60,000 nt of DNA from Botryllus schlosseri (taxonomy: Eukaryota), in NCBI GenBank assembly GCA_051294905.1, contig CM119371.1, positions 22,198,001 to 22,258,000 on the forward strand. Direction: 5' to 3'. Positions 27,392-39,997 of the stretch are shown one piece after another. The stretch's first letter is position 1. Every line of letters starts with the position of its first letter. Below the pieces are notes generated by a model. It was not told where the DNA came from and did not search any database. It saw only the letters and a program-made list of their open reading frames with translations. Both the position numbers and the translations under genes were made by a program.

Positions 27392-27884
27392 AGCGGAGGT
27401 GGTCAATTAGTCAACATGGCTACTCAAGTAGAAGCAAAAGTAAGGCCGTACGTTTCTACTCACATAAACGCAGGGGTTTCAGAAGTAGTTTCGAAAAGTA
27501 GATTCGGTAGAGGTCGGTTACTCTTATGCGGATGTTAGGACTTAGGGATGTATCTAGTCGACTTACGCAAAATTACCAATGGCCTTACAAATAGGTCCTT
27601 ACAAATGGGCAAATTGAAGTACATAATAAGTTACTATAATACAGGGTCTATTTTGTGGGTTTCTTATGACATTTCCTCTCGCAAAAGTGGTGCAAATTTA
27701 TTCGAACTACTTTCTGCTTTTCAAAATTCACATCGTAAAATGCGAGCAAGTAGTTTCGCCCAATAACTGTAGCAGTTGAATTCCAAGTATAGTCTTAAGC
27801 CACTATCACTTGAGTAAGGAGTTCCAAGTACCAAATAACTACTTGAGTAATCCGAAGAAGTAGCTTACCTTACTGACCGCCTCT
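27392..27884. mobile_element. Old MITE family C (GAGGTGGTCA TIR, AAGTAG/CTACTT motifs)
   Basis: Ends GAGGTGGTCAA...TGACCGCCTC with many tactt/aagta motifs; related decayed copies at ~39380-39975 and ~42200-43136. Confidence 0.55.
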
Positions 27885-30800
27885 CCTTAAAACATCATGT
27901 TATGGTATCGTGACAACAATTGAATGGAGTAGAATGGAGTATATTTGTAGTAGATTCCGTTATTCATTGTTACACGATACATCGCCCCTCGGGGCTGGAT
28001 AGACAAGCTGCCGATAGGCTTTTATCACAACGAACTTTCGAAATTAACAAGCACTCAGTAAGCCTACCCACCTTTTCCGATGACATCCGTCCACTGATAA
28101 CATCTGATCCACATACCTTCCGCGGCATGACGTAACAATTCCGAAGCCACCGGAGCGTGCAGGCGTCGTCCTTAAACGCAAAAATCGTGAAGTCTTAACG
28201 CGTCGCGCATGGCTTACGATGGTATGCAGTCATGAAAGATAAGACGCGCGGCCTCTACTTATGTAGGTAACGTTTGTCACGCTCGGCCTGTCCTTTTAAG
28301 CGGGCTGCCTGTGTCTTAGGCGTAGCCGGCTGCGAGTGCTGTAATTACTGCGCGGAATGCCGAAAATCGAGCGATTTCGACGTGCGTTTTTAGCGCGTAT
28401 ACTGCTATTATATGACAGCTGAAATGGATGGGTGTGAAGTGCGATTGGCGCTCTGTTGGGAATAGGAAAGGCTATATGCGAGCGTGTCAGATTAGACCGC
28501 GTATCTCGCTGTTAATTCATGACGCTTACGCGGAATCCGCTATGTTTTAATGAGCTTAGGTACTTAATTAAAGTGGCTTGTGAGTTTTGTGAGTTTAATA
28601 AGTTATATAATGTTAGGAGGGCTTGCGTAGTGCTGGTGATGGGATGGCCGATTTTTGTTATGAACTGCATAGTTCAGGGAGTCGGCTATCAAAAGGAGAC
28701 TCTAATATCGTAACCTTCGACCCCGCAAGGGGGCGTTTTTCCTGAACTTATTTGGGATATCAAGGATGATGTCCCTTTTTCGATCCGCGACATTTTCGTT
28801 TGTGTGTATCTTGTTTCTTGATTCGCGAAATCGTGTAAATGTGTGGTGGTGCCAATAGATTCGGTCGTGTGTGATAGAGACATTTAAGGTCTACTCCTGA
28901 CATCAGGTGAACATACTGTTCAATGTCTTTACTTATTGCAATATAAGACATTATGAAAAGATTTCTCGTGTTACAAGTGATTTGTGATGACTAATCTTCA
29001 TTACCATAACATATTTGCGAATACAATAGTCAATGATTGGCGGATGGCAGTTAAATTGGGAGTTGTAAGTTATAAACGCATGGATACTAGATGTAAGTCG
29101 GACATTCGCCGTGTAAGTAATTTGGATTCTGTCAGTCACAGGATAGTTTCAGTTCCGGATTTTAATCACAAATGAACCATTTGTTAATAACTTCCGATAC
29201 CCCGCGACAACTAGCCTACAGCACGCTACACTGTGCCATGAATACAGCATCGGATTCCCTTCAATGATCAGACAAGTACCATATAGTTTAGTGACTTTCA
29301 CAACAATATTATTCACAGCAATATTTTGTGTAAGCACGCACATCACACGCCATTGTGTGTGGATCTGTGCAAGAATTTCAAGTTCCAGTTTATTGTGAGT
29401 GCCCTGCCAGTGCAAGCATACAGTACATACAGTACAGAACTCCGTAGTGTGTGCCACATACGCTCCTTGCAAGAACACGCGTTATCGTGTGATGTGTATG
29501 GATATGTGCATTAATTACCTGTTTTATAGGAACTCTCGCTACTTGCCAGCCTTTGGAAACACTTAGTCGCTGACATGCAGTATACATACCTCAGTATGCG
29601 TCACAATGCTACTTGAAGAACATACTCAATTGTGTGAGAATTTATGCGCATAAATTACTACTTGTAAAAACACGCGCTATTATCTGTAGATATGCGCATA
29701 GATTTAGCGCTCTTGCGTTTTGTGTGTAATTTCCAGCTTGCGGGAATCGCGCGATTACAGTTGCCGGCCGCAAAATTACAATGTCCCTACAACGGTACAT
29801 GCCTTCATACCTGAAATAACAACCTCTGCGTATTTGTACAGCCCGATACTTTGATAAAGCGCGCCGAGTTTGTTTACAAGAATACTTACCGTCTTACGTT
29901 ATGAATGTTGCCTCGCATCTGCCCCGTTATCAGCAACGTTTCAACTACTTCAACTCGAGTGGCGGCGATAGGCGAAACGGCCGAGTTATTTACGGATTCC
30001 CCGAACAATATCAGCGAAAATATATTGACCTGTATATGTCGATTAGCGGTCGGCTGAGACTGCTGAGTTGAGTTTAGTCAGACTGCGAATAGTTGTTGTA
30101 TGCTGCAAAGGTAACAGTGTGACTTATAGATATCGTGAAATACTGTTGTGTAAGTCATAAGCACCGCATAGAAAGGACTAAATTAGTAATACATAAATAT
30201 ATTATCTACGTGTAGGTAGAGATTGGCGTGGTGATAATCATAGCCAGCCTGCCGATATCTACATCTGTGGAAAAATCGTTATCGGTAACCTCCAGACCGA
30301 TATTTATCGGTCTGCCAATGGCGTCATTGCTTCATCTACCGCGCGCGTTGGTCATTGCGCCGTGCGGCTGTCTTTATTCGTTGCTATGAGTATCGCAAAT
30401 TGTCACTACTACTAAATCTGGGTTCTAGTGCTCCATTGCTACGAACGATTATTCGTTGGTACTGTCGGACCAGTACAGAGTATAAGCCTGAGTAATTATT
30501 CAGTCTGATTCAAGGGTACCGCCAATGGGGATCTCCCGGTAAGCCAAAACAATATCGTGCTCACTACTTGCTTCCCAGCTGTTTGAAGGTTTCATGGCAA
30601 TGCTGGTGATTTCGATTTGTGATGTCGGCTGATAGCAAGGTATGGAAACTATCAAGTTCGATATTACTGATCCATGAAGACCATAGGAATTCCATATTGA
30701 TGGAAATGTGAAATTTGTGTTTTCTATACCCATGATATATTATTTTACTGTTCTACTAAAGTTTTATTGTGATTAAAGAAATGTTGATATGGCCTATGGA

Positions 30801-31208
30801 TTGTGTTTCTAACAATAATGTCACTAATTAGACCAATTCGACCGTTGGTTGCGGACTCTAGCCCAACTAATCTCTTGTCCAAAATCGCTCGAATACTGAT
30901 GTTTTACCTGGAATCAGATTACTGAACCTACCGCGTTTAAAACCGTGTCACAATTCATCAGATATGAATTCAGGACGATTGGTACAAAACGACCAATCTC
31001 CGTGGTTGTCGAACCACGATAAACCGAAAAAAAGTCAGAGACCGGTGGTTCTCAAATGCCACTCCTCGTCAACTTTCCGGTTGGTTTGCCAAATATTTTT
31101 CAATTATATTCTACAAAAAGTAAGTATGGGAACGCCTGTTCCTTGATTAAATATATAAAGCTACGAATATAAAACCTAAATTATAATGGTATCTGGCGTG
31201 ATATGGAG

Positions 31209-31782
31209 CAGTGGTTCTCAACCGCTGGTCGGTGTCAACTTGAATGCCGGCCGGCCAACTATATTACTATATTTTTTTTTATCTTAATTGTAAAATGCAG
31301 GATGTTGGACGCTGGTCAGAGAAATGAAACGAAAAGATTTATATTCATTTATAAATTGATAACGTATTTTCCAACGTCGGGTCGTAATATAAAGCTATCA
31401 AGCAACTGTATACTTGAACACACGCCGAGAAGTATAAAATGTTGTACCAAGCTGTTTAAAAGTAACCAGCTCAATACTAAGACCAGTATTTTCGGCAGTA
31501 CAATTTGGCGATGTTAGGCAGGGTGATAGTGTCTAGCAAGCAGCAAAGTTGCAGTTCTTTATAAAGAAATCACTCTAGTGTTTTTAACAGGACTTCGCTT
31601 AGAAGAAACTTCAATAGAACGAGGTATTCCAAAAAGGCATACAATTGAAGTTACCAATATATGCTTTCTAGTTGCATGCATTTAATTTGCGTAAATTTCG
31701 AGTTTTGACGGTTCGCAGTTCCGTAAAATTTGTTTGACATTTCACTGGTCCCCGAAGCAAAAACGGTCGGGATTACTCGCTG
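31209..31782. mobile_element. Degenerate hAT MITE
   Basis: Left end CAGTGGTTCTCAACC; decayed right end CTGGTCCCCG..AAAAACGGTCGGGA..CTG. Confidence 0.45.
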
Positions 31783-32316
31783 ATCCAAATATTTGGTCGC
31801 TCAAAACCCGTGAGCCATGACCTAATTTCTGGTGAGTCCCGGATCCATTCCCGTCACGGAATCGTTACTGATCGAATTAGAAATTGCTTCACAAATACTG
31901 CTGATTCGCGGGTAATTTCCACGCTATACCTCACGACTTATGTGTCGAATAATCTGAAATCGCATAACAGCTATCACATCGCTAACAATTTCATCATTCT
32001 CTGGTGGCGTGGAGATGGGCCGGTATTTCAAGTGTTCTATTTATATTGTTTTATTCTGGAATCTCACACCCGGTTGTTTATTTTGCGGCTCGGTATGCTG
32101 TGTGACGTCACTTGAAGGAGGTTATCAATGAGTCGCGTCACTGTTGTTTAAGGGGGCGTTTTTATAGTTGTCGAGGGGTGGGTCTATTGTTTACTGATTA
32201 AAATGCTGTTTCTGGTTTTAGGTTCGACTCCTGGTCTAAATGTAGAACTCACTTGGTATTTTGAATGTTGAGCGGATGGGATTGGAGAATACGAATCACT
32301 GGTTCGAAGACTAAGT

Positions 32317-32364
32317 GTTGTTATTTTCTGACTGAATAAGGTTGTTATTTTCTGACTGAATAAG
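32317..32364. repeat. Tandem duplication, 2 x 24 bp
   Basis: GTTGTTATTTTCTGACTGAATAAG occurs twice. Confidence 0.9.
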
Positions 32365-32400
32365 GTGGTTTCGAATGACATGTCCGAAAAGTCATGTTAA

Positions 32401-32524
32401 AGGGGCACTGCACTCTAAAAATGTGGTCTCAAATTGAAGGGCAAAACGAAAAAGAACTTTGCCGCAGCCGTTTTCTTCAGAACGCTACCGTAATGGAGCT
32501 GCAATTTGTTGAAATTTTTACAGG
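32401..32524 (+). mobile_element. Second solo left end of the Kolobok-like element
   Basis: TTAA|AGGGGCACTGCACTCTAAAAATGTGGTCTCAAATTGAAGG..., homologous to 21808. Confidence 0.55.
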
Positions 32525-33991
32525 CGTTTCACGTTCCAGCCTCCAGCAGTCACGCGGAGATCGAACTTTATATAGTTGTCAGCCGATGTTACTAAGGAAA
32601 TGTGTCGTACTCGCCAAGGTGGTTTAGATACCACGTTCAACGGGAGATGTCCAATGTCCATGTCCAGTCAGGAGATTTATGTCAAAATCGAGCCTAGTGT
32701 ATTCTATTTCTTTAGGACAGAAATAGATCATGTCTAACAATGTTTCATGCATAAACAATGTTTTATACATAAGAATAGAACATGATCGATTTCCGGGCTT
32801 CGAGAAACTAATGGATTTTCAAAAAGCGCAACTGGATCTAGAAGTAGAACTACTCATTTTCAAAACTAGGAATTCCAAATACTACCAAATAGGACTAGTA
32901 CTAACTACCTTCAAAAAGCCGGAATTACAATTAACTAGGTCCTGGGACGAGGTTTCGAGTTTGAAATGGGAGGTGTTTCGACCCCCAAAACCTACCCCTG
33001 GCTACGCCACTGTCCGTTGTGATAATTGGCGACAAGACAATTGAACAACAGAAGACCAGCATTGCGATTCACGTTTAACGACCACTAGAACTCTATAACG
33101 GACAAAGGACGGCTCGTGTTTTTAACATGGCCCACAACTATAAATTCTTTCAATGTACCTGCAACCAGAGCTAGAACTACTAAGAAAATAACAGTCGTTA
33201 GTTGACCGTCAACTAAGTAGATTGGTGGTTTGTACAAGTCTGGTGTTAGCTGACTTTCGAGAGTCGGTCACGTTTTCAACTAGATATTGATGCTTGGAGC
33301 GACGGCGTATGCAGACTGCAGAGCTTGTAATTTAGTGTTGTATACAAAACAGCAGTGCACACATCCATCCATGCACCGGTGTTTTGGGATAATACTGGTA
33401 TTTTATTGCAGTTGGTTGATAAATGTTAGAAAGCGATGATTCGGTCGCGGACATTAGTTTTTGTATTCGATTTCCCCTCCAATGCCAGCAGGTCACTGTC
33501 CTGTCTATGTCCCATAGTCATAGGGTCGGCAGTTATTCTGTGCAACGTCTAATGACAATTGATCAATGAGTGCCAAATCCAAATGACTACATGAAACAAA
33601 GGCTTGTACTATTCGTATGGTATCGGTTTGTATATATGCTATCGAATTGATCCAGGATGCCGTGGCTAATTTATATTGCTTTTGGGGTGAAGTTGTTAAA
33701 CAAATAATAGCGCTGTATGACGTTGCGTTTGACCCGCTATTAATAGTGCATTGTTGAATTAATTTGCGGATATGGCTCCACTCATCTCCAGCTATATAAT
33801 AGTAATGGCGAAGACTACAGGTATGAAATACCCGCTAAGGCCGCTATTGTTAGTAAATCGCGCATGATTGCGTCTTGTGCGATGTACATCACGATGGTAT
33901 CACAGTGTTTATTGTTTTCTTCGCGATAAAAGCCTTCGTATCGCGCGTCGTGTGCCTTGCGGCAAACGGGTGCCTTTATTTTGTACATGCA

Positions 33992-34452
33992 AGCTAATGA
34001 AAAGCTAATGCAGCTAATTAAGCTAATGAAAAGCTAATTAAGCTAATGAAAAGCTAATTGAGCTAATGAAAAGCGAATGAAAAGCTAATTAAGCTAATGA
34101 AAAGCTAATTAAGCTAATGAAAAAGTAAGCTATTGAAAAGTAAGCTAATGAAAAGCTAATTAAGCTAATGAAAAGCTAATTGAGCTAATGAAAAGCGAAT
34201 GAAAAGCTAATTAAGCTAATGAAAAGCTAATTAAGCTAATGAAAAAGTAAGCTATTGAAAAGTAAGCTAATGAAAAGCTAATTAAGCTAATGAAAAGCTA
34301 ATTAAGCTAATGAAAAGCTAATTAAGCTAATGAAAAAGTAAGCTAATGAAAAGTAAGCTAATGAAAAGCTAATGAAGCTAATGGAAAGCTAATGAAAAAG
34401 TAAGCTAATGAAAAGTACGCTAATGAAAAGCTAATGAAGCTAAAAGCTAATG
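33992..34452 (+). repeat. AAGCTAAT-based minisatellite in the left TIR
   Basis: Mixed units AAGCTAATG, AAAAGCTAATT and AAAAGT. Confidence 0.95.
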
Positions 34453-34893
34453 ACTCTAATAACTATGCTGTAGCACGGGGGCCTTTCGACCCGCCTGGCG
34501 GGAGCAGACCTTTTTACGTGGCCCATGCATTTCGAAGGGAAGTTTGGACTTTGAAAATTTTCGAGCTCGCCTATACTTTAACGTGGGCGACATAACTGCC
34601 CCAACTTTGCCGCGTGTCGCCTACCCCAAAACACGCGGCCCTATGGCAAACCGGCTATACTTGCTCGGATCGGTCCCAGATTTCGTGTGAGCCTAGTCGG
34701 GGGGGGGGGGGGGGAGTGTTTGGCCGAGAATTTTTTTTATAAGTTTCCGAAAATTTTTTCGGACTTCAATTTTTTTCAATTTCGTTGCCATGTTAAAGGA
34801 TAGGGAAGTTGGAGTTTTTTTCAAAAAAAAAAATTTTAATTTTTTTTCTCGATTCCCACTTTTCTGGTATCGTTCGACGCAGCGGACGCAGTA

Positions 34894-35327
34894 CAGTAAT
34901 CTACCGCTTAAGTACGCACCCGTTTAAGTTCGCATCCCAGATAAGTACGCAAAAATTCTTCACAATTTCTGGGTTCAACTATTTCAACAATTTATTTATT
35001 TCGAACAGCAAGCACCATATGAATGCCAGGAAAACACTGCTTGAACATATCGTGCAAAGTCATTTAATGCAAATTCTGCCTTCTTTGTTGCTTGACTTCC
35101 AATGTCACCTGTCTCAGTTTTCGCTGAATGCATTTAAATGGGCTTTTGAGGTTGTCATAAGCACCTCCTGCTTGATCTTGTAAGGCAGGACACAACAACT
35201 GATCCTCAACTTCAAACACTTTATTATGAAGTTGTGCAAAGCCATGAAAAACGATGCTGTTTTCGACAGGTGCAGAATCGTTGCTTACGCTAGCCTCGTC
35301 GTCGGTGTCATCATTTTCGGTCTGCAT
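34894..35327 (-). mobile_element. 3' end of a Tigger/pogo-like transposon with transposase C-terminus
   Basis: Terminus TA|CAGTAATCTACCGCTTAAGTACGCA with repeated TAAGT.CGCA. The peptide has an acidic ENDDTDDE tract, then ...KQQRRQNLH*MTLHDMFKQ, like the pogo/Tigger terminal QxTLxxFF motif. Confidence 0.65.
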
Positions 35328-36031
35328 CGGCCAAGAATTTTTTTTTAAATTTTCCTAATATTTTTTCGGACTTTCGGCTTCGTCTCTTTGCGGTGCTTCC
35401 AACGAGGGGTCGAGCTTGGGGCTGGGCCTCGCAGGAGCTGAGCTATAACACGAAACGTCGTATCTCGGCTCCTGTGCGTCGTAGAGCTAAGCGAATAGTC
35501 GATTCGAGCTCCTGATAACAGAACGAGGATAAAAATCTGAAATATTTCTGCGACCTCCTAGAGCCACGCCGAGGGTACCGGCGTGTTCTACGTGTACTGC
35601 GTCCGCTGCGTCGAACGATACCAGAAAAGTGGGAATCGAGAGAAAAATTTAAATTTTTTTTTATCGAAAAAACGACTAACTCCAACTTCCCTATCCTTTA
35701 ACATGGCAACGAAATTGAAAAAAAATTCAAGTCCGAAAAAATTGTCGGAAAATTTAAAAAAATTTTCTCGGCCAAACACCCCCCATGACTAGGCTCACAC
35801 GAAATCTGGGACCGATTCGAGCAAGTATAGCCGGTTTGCCATAGGGCCGCGTGTTTTAAGGTAGGCGACGCGCGGCAAAGTTGCGGCAGTTATGTCGCCC
35901 ACGTTAAAGTATAGGCGAGCTCGAAAATTTTCAAAGTCCAAACTCCCCGTTGAAATGCATGGGCCACGTTAAAAGGTCTGCTCCCGCCAGGCGGGTCGAA
36001 AGGCCCCCGTGCTACAGCATAGTTATTAGCG

Positions 36032-36430
36032 TCATTAGCTTTTAGCTTCATTAGCTTTTCATTAGCGTACTTTTCATTAGCTTACTTTTTCATTAGCTTC
36101 ATTAGCTTTTCATTAGCTTTCTTTCCATTAGCTTACTTTTTCATTAGCTAAATCAGCATTTCATTAGCTTCATTAGCTTTTCATTAGCTTCATTAGCTTT
36201 TCATTAGCTTACTTTTCACTAGCTTACTTTTTCATTAGCTTAATTAGCTTTTCATTAGCCTAATAAGCTTTTCATTAGCTTTTCATTAGCTTAATTAGCT
36301 TTTCATTAGCTTAATTAGCTTTTTATTAGCTTAATTAGCTGCATTAGCTTTTCATTAGCTTAATTAGCTTTTCATTAGCTTAATTAGCTTTTTATTAGCT
36401 TAATTAGCTGCATTAGCTTTTCATTAGCTT
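36032..36430 (-). repeat. Inverted counterpart of the minisatellite, in the right TIR
   Basis: CATTAGCTT / TTTTCATTAGC units. Confidence 0.95.
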
Positions 36431-37022
36431 GCATGTACAAAATAAAGGCACCCCGGCAAACTCTATCGATCTCGAGGATCAAGGCTTCGGTTGAGGCATT
36501 CCTGCTTAGTTTGTGAAGATTAGCGACTACTCTCCTAGTAAATGATCGGAACTGCCTGGAAAAATATCTTGATCGTGGTATTAGGATCTAGCCCGGTTTC
36601 CACTAGCATAACTCCACTCCTGGCGTACGAGATCGAATTCCGCACATTCACGAGAAATAATGACGATTGTCTGAAACAAAAATATGTAACTGACCCCTAC
36701 ACATAGATACAGACGAACACTCCCCCGTCAACAGCCAAAAGCGTTTATAGGTGCAATCAGCACGTCGATTTTTCCTACCATACCTCATGCCAATACTTGT
36801 TTCTCAATCGTAATTGTTCGTTCGATACAAATATTGCTGCTCGGTGCAGATTCAGTGTTGCATTCATCGTTTCGACATGTTTTCATAGCGATTTGTTTTA
36901 GATAGTCTTCATCGGGTCTTTTCGTCGTTAGCTGTCACCAACACTGCAAATATTAAAGTGGAAAATTGTAGTGTTTACCAGATCTCCACCATAGCGTAGG
37001 GAACCAAATTTTGGTTCGACAC

Positions 37023-37531
37023 CACGGTTGTAACCGAGTCACAAGGCTTCCAGTCACAAGTCCATCTCACTTTTATAGTTTTGACTCTAGTAAAGTCGAG
37101 TCATTTTTAGTTCGCCACCGATTCAAATCCGAGTCCAAGTCAGCGAGCAGAGGGTCGAGTCAGAGTCATGGTATTATGACTTGAGTCCGAGTCCAAGTCA
37201 TTGCGTTGACTGCTTGGTTTCGAGTTAAAGTCTTGTTAAAACCACTTTTTATAATTTATAACTTGGTTTGGTGATATCGAATACTTCGCATTTAAAATAT
37301 ACTAATTTTCCTCACTTTTAACAGTTTCTGATCGCATTTTCAAGTACCAGTACCAATAAGCGAGATACCAACAGTGTGATTACTTTACTATTCTTCGAAA
37401 TTGCATTGAAATGTCGGTCTTGGTCGTCTGAGGTTCGAGTCATATGACTTGGTCCGAGTCATGGGCGATGACTCGAGTCCAAGTCGAGTCAATATACAGA
37501 TTTATTCATGACTCGAGTCATTACAGCCCTG
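37023..37531. mobile_element. hAT-type MITE with GAGTC subterminal repeats
   Basis: Ends CACGGTTGTAA...TTACAGCCCTG; flanks GTT(C)GACAC / GTTGACAC. Confidence 0.7.
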
Positions 37532-38524
37532 GTTGACACCCATTCCAACGGGTGAAAACGAGTCTAATACACCAATCGGTTTGTATATATATAATTCCCA
37601 CGTCCACAGGTGTAGTGGGATTCGGTTAACGCACTAACTTTATGTGGTTTGTTGCTGTGGTACGCGAAAACAACAGCCACCGCACCCCTGGTTATATATC
37701 CACAGAGATAGATGTATTTGGATCGGGGTGAGAGCATACTCTTGTACCAAAAAGTGTCATTTACCCGATATTCACACTATACGCCGTGGTGGAAATAGTC
37801 ACTACAAACTTGTTGCAATGATACATACTCATTGTGCAGGGACTTTGAAGTGCAGTGTCACTGTCCTAGAACATGTGATTAAAATGTAAATGTAGGTATT
37901 TGCGCGAGCTCTATTCGTAATCGATACGCCTGCGTCGAAATCCATGCTCCTAAGCGCAAGCTTGATTCGGTAATATTTGCTTGCGGCGTATTGGTGTTGT
38001 GGTACATTCATGGTTCATATTTGTTGTCCAGTCAGGTTCGAACGGCCTGAAGTAGGAATGGTGCGAACGGTCTATTCATTCACATGCGTGCCTGGTATCC
38101 GAAGCTTCATGATTCACACCTCAGCTTTCGCAACAATATATCAGAAGTAGGACACTGAGCTTTTAGATGAATATGAGAATTTGTCAGAGCTCGCGAGGCA
38201 TTTTTGATCGAAATTCATGGAATTTCAACTCCCAATCTCTCGCTGCATCAACAACAAACTCGGACTTTGTCGCACCAAAATTATACTGATTCCAGGGAAA
38301 TTTTCCTGAAATAGCACGCTGTTCTGCTTGTATATAATAAATTGACTAGTTATACCGATGTGCGTCAGTTCGTAAATTACAGAATTAAAATTTTTTACGG
38401 ATAGCATGGTCGCATTATGCCTTGTGTTCCGCACTTTTAATCGTGTCTCCTCAGCACACGGGAATAACAGACGCGCCCACTACGCCGATTGTACCTAGCT
38501 TGAGGTTACGCGCTCCCCGATTTT

Positions 38525-38537
38525 ATGTCGCAGAAAG
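38525..38537 (+). CDS. Candidate alternative start (MSQKG) of a short tensin isoform, in exon 38455-38537
   Basis: Acceptor tctcctcag|38455 and strong donor AAG|GTAAGA. The ATG at 38525 is in frame (phase 1) with the 38722 exon, and in-frame stops lie upstream. Confidence 0.4.
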
Positions 38538-38721
38538 GTAAGATGTGGCATGTGTGTGTTCGATGGTAGATAGCAGGGATGTCTAGATATCACTGGTAGA
38601 CAGGGAATTACAATTCATGTTCAGGTGCTTTAGAGGCTATTTTAAGATTGACTGTGCTAGTGTGTTAGTTTCAATTTGCGAATGTCCTGCACCCATAACA
38701 AACTTGAGGTTTTGTTTCCAG

Positions 38722-38952
38722 GTCGTTTACACTGTCGCGGACCGCTAGATGGCAGTCTCTACGCGAAAGTAAATAAGAATAAAAAGTGTGAGAATGGAGA
38801 AAATCACTGTGTAGAAAAAGACCCTTGCGCGTCTGTCAATCAAGAAGAAAACGCAGCGGTGAACCAGTCTAGCGAATGCGCGAATCCGCAAAATCCTAAC
38901 GTGGTAGTTTTGAACGGAAATAAGATCGTATTCAAGCCGCAATCACATCCCG
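38722..38952 (+). CDS. TNS: Tensin-family internal exon (region just after the PTEN-C2 domain)
   Basis: Splice sites tttgtttccag| and CG|GTAAGT, phase 1-1. Encodes RLHCRGPLDGSLYAKVNKNKK, matching the tensin motif HTQGP[LV]DGSLYAKV[KR]KK. Confidence 0.82.
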
Positions 38953-39997
38953 GTAAGTTGATAGGATTTTCACGATATTGATATGACTGGAAGCTCAAAG
39001 TGTAGGCAGAGTTGATCGCAATCATCATATCGATTATAGTCGTAATGTCTTGTACTTCCACTTGAATTACATGTAGACGTACTGATTATTACGCCATCAC
39101 AACATCAATTGAAGGAGAGCGTAGCAAAGTATCGGACTATTGTCAAAGTACGCCAACCCAGTATGTTTCAACAGAGGGACTTCGTGTATAATGTCATTTG
39201 TGGGTGCCTCATTCATTAGAATTTTGATGCCGGTGATGATGATAGCTTCGATGATGCACAGTATTCTTATCAATTCTAACCTAGCTTCTGAGCATAACCC
39301 CTGACGAGTTTCACCTAATATACTCGGGTATATTTCAACACTAATATATTACTCAATTACTTCGACTTCAACACAAGTGCCAACTATCCGTTTTGTAAAG
39401 GCGAAACTAGCAGCGTCGCCCTTCTACTTTTTCGGAGCACACGAGTAGACATTGCCTACTTGAACTGTCTGCTCAAGTTAGTTAGGATTTTCGACTACTT
39501 CCACTTTTACTGTTGTCAGTTTTATAGACAGAACCAGGTCCTTAACGCATACTTCTTTACTTACTCTATAATCGCTACTTAATGTAATTTAGTATATTTA
39601 CGGTGTTACTTCAGCTTCTACTTATACCTATTACCTGAGTACCAACAACGAGTACTTTGGCCTCCACAGTAAAAAGATTATGAACCACTGTATTTCGGTG
39701 TTGAACAGATGGCGTACAGGTGTAACGCGATCAGTAATGAGGCCAAATTTAAGGCGCTTAATTCTACTTGTACTCGAGTGCCGACGTTGGCTACTTTAAC
39801 CTCTGCAACGGTCGCAACCTTTTAAAGGTTCCCTGCTGTGAAATCTCCATTTTTTTATACAAAACTAAGCTCTTTTATACGCGAATGGAAATCGCTACCG
39901 CAACTTGTACCCGAGCAATAATTCACGAATTGACTTCTACTTCTTACCTATGGTGACTACTATGACAACATCTGCAACAATCGCATCTCTATTCCAG

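Larger units (their letters stand above)
33968..36453. mobile_element. Foldback-type non-autonomous DNA transposon with ~0.9-kb TIRs (Merlin-like termini)
   Basis: Ends GGGTGCCTTTATTTTGTACATGCAAGCTAATG / CATTAGCTTGCATGTACAAAATAAAGGCACCC; perfect 8-bp TSD CGGCAAAC; arms at 33968-34895 and 35593-36453. Confidence 0.92.

Noticed and set aside
34809..35792. Several ORFs in the foldback arms
   Set aside because: They are mirror-image translations of TIR sequence, or antisense to the Tigger fragment.
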